Shown in pieces: positions 47,251 through 64,000 of a stretch of DNA of 64,000 nucleotides (positions are counted from its first letter, which is position 1; each line of letters starts with the position of its first letter). The stretch is from Bugula neritina (taxonomy: Eukaryota > Animalia > Bryozoa). Made by a program: the position numbers and the translations under genes. Under the pieces are notes generated by a model. The model saw only the letters and a program-made list of their open reading frames with translations, had not been told where the DNA came from and made no database searches. Location of the stretch: assembly GCA_964035545.1 (NCBI GenBank), contig OZ037767.1, positions 15,901,092 through 15,965,091 on the forward strand, written 5' to 3'.

Positions 47251-48198
47251 ATGGCAGAAGACGGCACGGAGCTACCCATTCCACTGAATGAAGGTGAGGA
47301 AGATAATGTTGATATACCTGTGGAACCAGTAGTGTTAGAAGAAGTGAGAATTCCTAGAGAGCCCGGTGAGGATAGATACCGGCTGAAGGCGCCCACCTTC
47401 ACAGGCGAGGAAGCCAGGGAGCAATTTATCTAGGAATTCCAAGATGTGATGGAAGTTGCACGGTGGCCACCAAGGGTGGCGTTGCTCAAACTCAGGATGG
47501 CGCTGACGGACAAGGCCAAGCCATACAGAGCAGAACCTGACATAGACGGGATTTTTGCTTCTCTGCGGGCCCGTTTTGGTATCTCCACCATAGACGCGCG
47601 GGCCCGCCTACAAAGGCTGCGGCGTGATCCTCACACGCCGCTACAGGAGCACGCTACCACAGTGTATACGCTGGCGCAGATCGCGTTCCGCGATCTGCCT
47701 CAAGAGCACCGTGAGAGGTATACTTATGATGCCTTCGTGCAGTCCATCAACGACTTGGGACTCCACCATCAGTTCCAAGCGAGGGGAGTCACCACGGTCG
47801 AGGATGCACTTGCGGTGGGAGAAGCCTACCTCTTGGCGACTCATATGCACCGCAACCGCGTGGCCTCCCGCCAGGTGGCCACGGAGCACACTACTGCTCA
47901 TACTGAACCAAATGCGGAACCCTCCGCGGCGGCTAATGTGAACCAGATGTCACTAGCATCGAAAGTCGCACGGATGACTGACATGCTAGCTAAACTGGTC
48001 GCCGCATTAGTTCTCCCAAGCCAGGTAGATACCGCCCGTGAGCCTAGCGGGCCGCAGGTACATTCACCAGGCACGGGGCATAACTTCTGCTGGGGATGCG
48101 GAAGGTCAGGACATTTCCAGAAGAACTGCCCTCAACTCCAACAAGGGTTAAACTACCACGGCCCGCAGATGTTCCCACCTCCTGCGGGCCGCCGGTAA
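47251..48198 (+). pseudogene. gag: Gypsy gag (capsid plus CCHC knuckle) with one in-frame TAG at 47431-47433
   Basis: ORFs 47236..47433 and 47446..48198 are in the same frame. KAPTFTG..EQFI*EF..W motif and CWGCGRSGHFQKNC zinc knuckle. Confidence 0.88.
48147..48191 (+). promoter_or_regulatory. -1 programmed ribosomal frameshift signal (gag to pro)
   Basis: Heptamer G TTA AAC in gag phase, 5-nt spacer, then a perfect 10-bp stem CGGCCCGCAG/CTGCGGGCCG; the pro ORF is in the -1 frame. Confidence 0.75.
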
Positions 48199-50093
48199 AT
48201 CACCCAGGGAGGACCGCGCGTCTGCCGCCCCGCTGGGCGCCGCGCGGAGATGCTGTGAAGTGGCGACCCCCACGGCAAGAAGGATGCTCAAGCCACTCGC
48301 CACCTGGGTCCTCTATGCAACTCCAACACGGATCCGACAGACGGTTGATCTTAGAGCCTGCGAGGGAAACGGTACAGGCGCCGCAAGGCGTACCGCCCCA
48401 ACCTCGGCGGCTGGTCAATAGTCGTCGCCAACCGTGGACCCCTCGACCCACAGCGAGGGAGGTGCAACCACGACACATACAGCTGCAGCCACACGGAAGT
48501 AGCTACTTCCTGTCAGGAAAGCTAGCTGGCAAGCCTGCCAACTTCCTTCTGGACTCGGGCTGCACCACTAACCTCCTTAGCCGTCAATTCTTTGACACCC
48601 TCAGCGCTAAGGTCAAGGACGGGTTGGCACCGTATGAGGGGGATCGTGGCACCCTGGCAGACGGGTCGTGCATTCCCTTCTACAGCATTATTGAGCTGAC
48701 TGGTTACATCCGTAACCAGGCCATCCAAGAGACGTTTATTGTCGGACAGCTCAACGAGGATGCTATCCTCGGGATGCCATTCTTACAACGACACAAATGT
48801 CGCATCGATTTCAGTAAATCTGCGATGATCATGGGCAACAGGGAGCTCGCTTGTGTCGATAAGTTTGGTCGTCCTCTAGCGGGAAGAGTGCAGGTAGTAC
48901 GGAGCTGTACGATACCAGGCCACTCCCGGGCTACCGTCCGCTGTAAAGTAGACGGTGGCCAAACCTCTAAGTTGGGAGTTGTCGAAAGTACGCACTCAAG
49001 AATCCAACTTGCCCATAGCTTTAGCCGGCTTACGAGACAAGGAGAGATCTCAGTGCAGTGCGTCAACCCCTCCTCAGAGACGGAAAACCTACCACCCAGG
49101 TCCATGCTGGGCCGCTTCCATCCTGTCCAGGAGGAAGCCATTGGGCCGTCGTTGGGAGCTACAACGGAAGGTCTTCAGCAGAGCCCGTCTCAAGGGCGGA
49201 GGATCGTCCCAACCCACGCCTCCCATCTTCCAGGGACGCGTGGCTACACAGGCAACAGAAAGCGCCAGGCTATGGCTATGTTGCCACACAGGTACAGTGG
49301 GGCGCCCCGCCACACAGACCACGACGCCTGCCTAAATAGAGCAGGCCGTCGTGAGGTACCACGGGCAGCGGAGACCGCCCCTACTCAGCAGCCCACGAGG
49401 AGGTTGGGCTCGAAGGAGAAGAGCAGGGTTCTCCCACGGAACTCAGGCTAACTCCAACAGAGGGCTGACACGCCCCCGGAGGCCGTCCAGAGCCTCCGCG
49501 CCAAACCTGTATGGGCTGGTAACGTTATGGAGCTGCCGAAACTCCAGGAAAGCTTACCTGGGGTGGTAGCCTACGTGTACCGAGCGAAACAGGAAGGGCG
49601 ACGACCCAGTGGTAGACAACGGCGACAGGGATGCGCCGAGTTACGGCTGTACTGTCAACGTTGAAACTCCCTACGGGTCGGGCCAGATGGTCTGCTGACC
49701 ATGACTTTGGCCGCCAACAGCAGACAACCAGCCAGGAAGAGGATCGTCTGCCCAGCTGCCATCCGCCGGGAGTTGATATGGGACACCCACGAGCAGACTC
49801 ACGGAGGAGTCCAGGGGGTGGTCACCAAGCTACAACTCCGGTGGTACTGGCCCAACATGGAGCGGGACATCCGGCGCAGAGTGAGATGGTGCGAAGTCTG
49901 CCAGACCAACAAGCATAGCCGTCTCCCTGGTGAAGCCCACCGCCCCCAACGTCAAGCCTGCCATCACCACCACTTCCGGAACCGGAAACGGGCCCGGAAG
50001 TGCAAAAACCCCCCGTGGGAGGGGCTTGTACGGAGATACCAACGTAGGAACAACCGTCACAAACAGGCTGGAAAAACCACTCTTGAGACATAA
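48150..50093 (+). pseudogene. pol: Internally deleted pol: aspartic protease, vestigial pre-RT linker and integrase HHCC zinc-binding domain
   Basis: FLLDSGCTTNLL..AILGMPFL protease, and IVCP..RRELIWDTHEQTHGG..WYWPNMERDIRRRVRWCEVCQ integrase Zn domain in the same frame, separated only by stops at 49449 and 49662. No YxDD, RNase H or DDE motif is present. Confidence 0.85.
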
Positions 50094-50744
50094 CAATCCA
50101 CGGGTGAGCACACCGCCTCCCACAGTGACGACGCCTCTAGGACCACACACTAGGCAACCCCCAGCGTGTCTCGGAGACTTCGTACGTGACCGCGTTGCAA
50201 GCGGCAGTTATGAAAGTCTAGCGAGGTCTTGCAGGGGAAAACAGGCAAATAGACGTGGGAGTTGTGAACACCATGAAAATCTCAACTTTTGCCTCGGCGG
50301 AATCACACACGAGATTCATCCGCTGGAAGTAAAAAGCCCTAGTCACGCTTCACAACCACGCTGTCCGGTCTTTTCCTACATTGATGCAGTCAAGAGTAGA
50401 CGTGCCACTAAACAGTAATCATTTACCGCTCTCATTCCAAAATTTCTTACTATTCTGGATCGAAGGGTGAGTTAATTATGTTTTTGGTACGAGAACTAGA
50501 GATTCGATAATGAAACACAGTGGTGGGAACACACGTCGACTTTGATTTTAAATAATCTGCCATAGCGAGTGTGTTCTCGATCAACTATTCATTAGCCTGA
50601 ATCTCACGAGTGTAGCTGAACAGAGTACCTGTCAGGCTGTACACGCTGGCGGTACCTCAGTGTATAATCTTTAACACTGCTACTTTTTCAGATCACATCC
50701 GAGTGACCACCTCCCGGTCACGGGACCAGCCAACCCCTCTACCT

Positions 50745-51458
50745 ATGGAAGAAGAACCTGTGATGGAGAATGGCTTACCTGTGGTGCTTCGTCAACGACA
50801 CCGCTGGGTGTCACCCACGACGGAAAGGAGAATTGAGGAAGCCTGGGGATCAAGTGGACCCCACCGGACCTGCCAGGTCTGTTTCCAGGAGTGCCCGTCA
50901 CACCGCTCCCTGTGTCTGCATGTAGACGCACACTTCCTACTACATTTCTGCCCATGCGGGTTCCACGATGTATACCCGTACCCTGTGATTGTCCATAAAT
51001 TGAGCTGCTTTGCCGGAGAGGGCCACATCGTAGATGAGGACAGCTTCCCCCAGTACCTAGACACCATCAAGCCGGTCATCAAGAAGGCTATCACCCTGAC
51101 CGCACTAGCGTCAGGATTCGAAGTACTGCTGTTATCCGCCCGCCATAAGTCTCCTATGGTTCAGGGCCCATCCACTACTCCCGTCAACCCTAGCAACACC
51201 TCCGAATCCAAAGGAATGACGATACCCCCAATATCAGAGACTGCTACAACCCCATCAAGGCCTAGCCGGTTGGCTAGTGTAGAAGAGCGGCTTGTAAAGC
51301 TACAAGCCGAGTTTACGCAACTTGCCCCTGACCTGCTGGATACGACGACAGGCCTATACCAGCTGAAGGATTTAGTGGGGCGACTGAAGCGGAGGCTACG
51401 TGTCCAACAGGCTCGACACAGGTCACGCTCGCTACAAGAGTCAGAGCCCACCCAATGA
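50745..51458 (+). CDS. LTR-element accessory ORF3: tandem C2H2/C2HC zinc fingers plus C-terminal coiled coil (237 aa from ATG)
   Basis: Intact ORF between the pol remnant and the PPT. CQVC-x12-HVDAH, then CPC-x12-HKLSC, then heptads LASVEERLVKLQAEFTQL..LYQLKDLVGRLKRRL. Upstream candidate intron 50467-50691. Confidence 0.7.
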   Translation: MEEEPVMENGLPVVLRQRHRWVSPTTERRIEEAWGSSGPHRTCQVCFQECPSHRSLCLHVDAHFLLHFCPCGFHDVYPYPVIVHKLSCFAGEGHIVDEDSFPQYLDTIKPVIKKAITLTALASGFEVLLLSARHKSPMVQGPSTTPVNPSNTSESKGMTIPPISETATTPSRPSRLASVEERLVKLQAEFTQLAPDLLDTTTGLYQLKDLVGRLKRRLRVQQARHRSRSLQESEPTQ

Positions 51459-51744
51459 GTATGCCTGGGGTAGGCACCTTTCGGTGGAATGTATCCTCGT
51501 CTGGAAAGTGACGAGTGCACCGACATTGGCCCGCGTGCTGGTAAGCACCCTCTCTCTCTATAGCTGACTAGCTGTGTGTGTTCGACCACCCTGTTTACTT
51601 CTATAAATGTTTGTGTACTCAACTATTTCTCTTCTTTCTTTTTTGTGGGTTTACTTATGTATTCTTTTTTTTGGATTATTGTATTGTTTTTTCTTATATG
51701 TGTTTTTTTGTGTGTTGTGTTAACAGAAAGTAGGGCTTTCTGCT

Positions 51745-51754
51745 GGGGGGGCGG
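51745..51754 (+). other. Polypurine tract
   Basis: GGGGGGGCGG immediately before the 3' LTR. Confidence 0.75.
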
Positions 51755-52104
51755 TGTAGTGAGTCATGCAATGTACTAATATGAGAATCGTCCTCTCTCC
51801 GTTCTTGAAATACTAAGGCCCCTATGTAGTAACCAATCGGCAGCACCGGAATATATGCTTCCGACTCACGTGAGAGTTCCCAGGCAATTGACAATGATCA
51901 CGTTGTTGTAAGCGAGGGCTTGAAGCGGAAACATGTGTTAGTAGTTGACTGATGTATAGGATAATTTGATGTAATGTTTGCTTTGTATTGTATTGAAGAT
52001 AATAAATATAATTACTCGACAGCTACCCTAGTAATTGCTAGTAGAATAGCCAACTAAATACGCAAGTAGATAACTCACGCACAGTAATTGCACAATTTAC
52101 TACA
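51755..52104 (+). repeat. 3' LTR
   Basis: Direct repeat of 46866-47215, followed by TSD GTAT. Confidence 0.95.
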
Positions 52105-52950
52105 GTATTACGTAGCCGCTAAAATTTTTTTAGTAAAGAACTTTTTAGAGGCACTATAAATATTGTAAAAAAAAATAATCAAATTTTAAAAAACAAATTA
52201 CTGTGACCAGAGTTGAAAATGAAATAATCTATTGAGGTAATAGTAAGCCATGTTAGAACTTTATGTCTTACTTCTTACATGGTTTGGCTTTTGGTTTGAA
52301 ATTGAAGCAATTATACAATTATCTTGATGAAGTTAATGTTAAGAACGTCTACTAGGCAGCTCATATAACACAACATATTTAGAAATATATTAATAAGTCA
52401 CCAGTGTAATATTATAGCACAAAGAATAATTTTCCTCTTAATATAAATACATATTACTAGGTTTAGAAACACTAAATACTTAGAAGTTACTGAATATTGT
52501 GGTCAGCTGCATAAACTCTTACAATCTTTTTTTATTTTTTTCTCTAACATGTTGCATTTTTACCTGCTAAACACAAGTTATACAACATTTTCGGGTTGAA
52601 ATTAACATTTAGCTTCAATTTACAACCAACAACAGCTCTGCAATATTAATAAGTTTAATAATCTATTATAATAAGTGATATAGCCTGTTCAAAAATGCTG
52701 AATAGAAAGTTGAATAATAGCGCTGAGTAGTATACTAACTAATGTAAAAACTCACAAAAGTTTATATATATAAGTCACTATCCCTTTGAGAATCCCTGAT
52801 AGAAAGAATCTTTTAAAGCAAGCTAGTGACTTATTCATATGTGACCTAAGAAAGCACTTAAAATCTAGAGTGCTCAATAATTCAATACTGGCCAGCTATG
52901 ATATTATTTTATACATTCGATTAGAATAATAACAAACAATAGCAGTAATA

Positions 52951-53333
52951 GCCTGGCCACACACTCGTGAGAATCACATAAAAATCGTGTGAAGATTTTT
53001 GTGAGTTATCTTCTCATTATTGACCAGCCACATTTTGCACGTCGGTTAGACACAACACATAATAGATAGCCCGTGAATGGGTCTTGTATGAGATAAAAAC
53101 AGCAAAAGATTACCAGACATACAAGAAACTGAAATGAAATAATCATTGTTGTTAAAATTATATTGACTAATCAAATGGTGCTTATCGTCAATTGCGCTCT
53201 TTTGTCTATTGTCTTCGGTGGGCGCACCAAGCAAACACAATTTTATATGAAGTGTCTCAAATTTGATCTTACGTCTTATGTTTTTGTGTAAAATAAACAA
53301 TTTCACGTAATTTTCACAAGTGTGTGGCCAGGC
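52951..53333. mobile_element. MITE, PIF/Harbinger-like
   Basis: TIRs GCCTGGCCACACACTCGTGAGAAT / ATTTTCACAAGTGTGTGGCCAGGC. Confidence 0.7.
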
Positions 53334-53717
53334 CATAATACATGTAAATATGTAAATTCAGTTTACGTGAAAATTTCGTTTTGTCAAAAGCAATAAAACA
53401 TAAGAGTTTGATCCTTCCATACATGAGTGTGTTTTCGAAAAGTGGTTTTTAAGTGCCAATCTATGTAATCAGCTGTAAGGAGATGGCATCCATCTAACAG
53501 CTGGGACACTCCCATATTGTATTGGCAGAAAAGAGCACCTGTGCAAACACTGCACCTGTCAATAAGATGTGAGATATTCATGTAACAAAAAAATTATTTT
53601 ATTATTCATTCAGGGAAATTACATCGAGTTCTAATATAGTATTTGCAAGTTTTAAAACATTATTTAAATACGATTTCAATTTAATACGAAATTTGTTTCT
53701 TATTTTGCAACTGCAGC

Positions 53718-61797
<8,080 letters not shown>

Positions 61798-62149
61798 CTG
61801 CACTGATATATTCATCCTTTGCTGTTCAAGCTACAACAACGTACACTGTGAACAATTAAATTAAATGTTAATTCTTTATGGACACCAGGCTATAACAAAT
61901 TGTAATGCAACACATAAAAGTACACCATGACCTTTCATGTTAGTTATTGTCAAAAACAAACAAAGAAAATATAAAAATATTTTAACCTCTTGTTAGACAA
62001 TGTTTTATAAAAATTTAATAAAAAACGGGTATCATTTGCAACACTTTTGCACACTCTGAATAGTGTGTTGACCAAATGAAAACATGCACTAGGCTTTCAT
62101 GTCACAATGTTTCACTATTTGCATCAAGTTAAAAGCTGCCAGTCAATAA

Positions 62150-62358
62150 TACGCTACAATACACTTTAATATAAAATGTAATACAAGGTTATACAATGTA
62201 ATACACTGTAATACACTGTAATACACTGTAATATACACTGTAATTTACTGTAATACACCGTAATACATTGTCCGACACCTTAACATACTGTGATATAGTG
62301 TAATAAAATGCAACGAAATGTAATACAATGTAATAAACTGTAGGATACTGTAATACAC
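62150..62358. repeat. (ACTGTAATAC)n degenerate minisatellite
   Basis: Direct reading. Confidence 0.8.
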
Positions 62359-62765
62359 AAATCAATAATTATAGCTGATGATTTTTTGACTTCTTATCCT
62401 AAACTCTCTATTTATACTGAACTAACTGAACACAACAGTAAATTGACTAGCTGTGTTGGAGGCATTGACACATTACAACAGTTGATTTTTTGAAAATGAA
62501 TGTTTATAACCCATATTTTTAAATTTCTTAAGCTGAAATTACTCAACACATAACAGAATATAGCTTGAGAACCTAACATGTGGCAGAAAAACCTGACCGC
62601 CCTTAAGAGAGCTTTTTATGAGTACTTGAGTACTATATCAGTATCTTCTAGAGATATTTGGAGTTGTAAAATAAACCAAAAGTTGTATAATCTTTATTTA
62701 TAATTTAAAGTATGTTTCTAATACTAAAAACCGAAGCGCTTTACAGGACAAATAGATAAATGCAG

Positions 62766-62902
<137 letters not shown>

Positions 62903-63000
62903 CTATTATAGGGCTGTAATAACATTATAAATACTGCAAAATGGTATTAAAGTGTCATTAAACTATAGCAGCAATAGTTTGGTAAATAAAAATGTAGTGG

Positions 63001-63283
63001 TGAGTTTACTCAGTGGTTCCCGTGGTGTAATGGTTAGCACACTTGCTTGCTTAAACCGGAGGTCTAGGGTTCGATTCCCAGTGAGGTGGAAATGATTTTT
63101 CAAGCTATTTCGGCCTTTAGTGATGTGTGGTGGTAGTACTCCGAGGGAGTTGAGAGGCCAGGAGAGCTTAATGATGACTGAAGGAGTAGTAGATAGGCCA
63201 GTAGAATTCAGAGAACTGGGTAATGGTTAGCACACTTGCTTGCTTAAACCGGAGGTCTTGGGTTCGATTCCCAGATAGAGCAA
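63001..63283 (+). repeat. Two tandem tRNA-like family B units
   Basis: GTAATGGTTAGCACACTTGCTTGCTTAAACCGGAGGTCT.GGGTTCGATTCCCAG occurs twice (~63027 and ~63220). Confidence 0.7.
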
Positions 63284-63500
63284 AATTTTTTTTCAAAAAA
63301 CATAGCATTTCTAAGATAAAATATTTTTTATTTGAATATGTTAAAAGTTTATTTTCCTCTCTCTTTATTGCTCTCAATAAAATACATCAATTTTTGGAAA
63401 GTAATAGTATTCTTTAAGCCTTAACAATTTCAATAATGATTAGCATTGATAAATATAAACAAATTTAGAATAAAATCTGAACTACAATGCCTAATCGTAA

Positions 63501-64000
63501 TCACAACTCAACAGGTGGAGTTGGATCATAACCAAATACTTCAAAGTCATGCTTGTACAAGTTTTGTAGCTGAGTCAGCTCGTCTAGAGAGAGCTGGTTG
63601 TACCAGAAACTGAGAGGATGTGTTTTGGGTGTTCTGTTATGGTGGGAGAGGGTAGAGTTGATATTAAAGAATTTAATGATTTCAGCCATATCTTCAGTAA
63701 AGTGTCGGAATTCCCCGATTATTGTGTAGTTAGTAGAACATGGTAAAGCGAGATGAACTTGAGGTGCCCAATGTTGGTCCAAAAGTATACTAGCATTTCT
63801 GGAAGACAAATTGGAGTAACTAGATTTAGCCCTGTCTATGATGCAACCCACAAACTCTTTAAACGTTAGTATTGTGTTATTATATTGTGACTGGGTGTTC
63901 AGCCAGCTACATGGTCTGCTGAAAATCTTCACGTATTGTCCGTTGTTTTCAACTGCTTTGTTTTTGTATGCCGACACAAGTCTGTCGTAAGGGTTTCTAA
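63501..64000 (-). CDS. Carbohydrate sulfotransferase (CHST8-14 / Sulfotransfer_2 family), 3' part; 5' end lies outside the window
   Basis: The frame is open from 63998: RNPYDRLVSAYKNK (3'-PAPS-binding motif), LTFKEFV, HWAPQ..PC..NY..IG, LYKHDFEVFGY. Confidence 0.88.
   Translation of the reverse strand, partial: RNPYDRLVSAYKNKAVENNGQYVKIFSRPCSWLNTQSQYNNTILTFKEFVGCIIDRAKSSYSNLSSRNASILLDQHWAPQVHLALPCSTNYTIIGEFRHFTEDMAEIIKFFNINSTLSHHNRTPKTHPLSFWYNQLSLDELTQLQNLYKHDFEVFGYDPTPPVEL

Larger units (their letters stand above)
46866..52104 (+). mobile_element. Ty3/Gypsy LTR retrotransposon, non-autonomous (no RT, RNase H or integrase core), with an extra ORF
   Basis: LTRs 46866-47215 and 51755-52104 (350 bp each, TGTAGT...ACTACA, 11 mismatches by manual count), 4-bp TSD GTAT, PBS, PPT, gag-PR-IN(Zn) order. 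Confidence 0.95.

Noticed and set aside
47431-47433. Programmed stop read-through in gag
   Set aside because: The TAG lies inside the capsid region and is most simply a CAG-to-TAG mutation; no read-through context is evident.
50703-51458. ORF3 as an env gene
   Set aside because: No signal peptide or TM anchor; it has zinc-finger and coiled-coil features instead.
47624-51622. Many overlapping alternative-frame and antisense ORFs in the LTR element
   Set aside because: Expected by chance in GC-rich coding DNA; no recognisable motifs apart from the pol-tail remnant in 49930..50418.

Overview
AT-rich, intron-rich eukaryotic (invertebrate animal) DNA; the species cannot be fixed from the sequence. 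Reading splice sites by hand gives five complete multi-exon genes whose exon phases all close in frame, plus one partial gene. In order: (1) ABHD12-like lipase (minus, 11 exons), head-to-head with (2) a divergent SUZ12 (plus, 13 exons); (3) an orphan type-I membrane protein with four CUB-like domains, an NPxY motif and a PDZ-binding C-terminus; (4) a secreted CUB-CUB-[6-Cys]-S1 serine protease with an intact triad; (5) its tandem paralog with identical exon structure but a dead active site (GDSGGP to RDGGGP); (6) the 3' end of a CHST11-family sulfotransferase. Between (4) and (5) lies a 5.24-kb Gypsy-type LTR element with 350-bp LTRs, a GTAT TSD, a tRNA-Leu PBS and a -1 frameshift signal. It keeps gag and protease, has lost RT/RNase H in frame and the integrase core, and carries an extra, apparently spliced ORF encoding tandem zinc fingers plus a coiled coil. 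There is also a 3.3-kb TIR DNA transposon, several MITE and tRNA-derived repeat families, and minisatellites that multiply splice sites. The best candidates for an undescribed system are (a) the protease/pseudoprotease pair sharing a beta-defensin/clip-like module next to a CUB receptor and (b) the RT-less LTR family with a zinc-finger accessory gene. All homologue comparisons are from memory; no searches were run.
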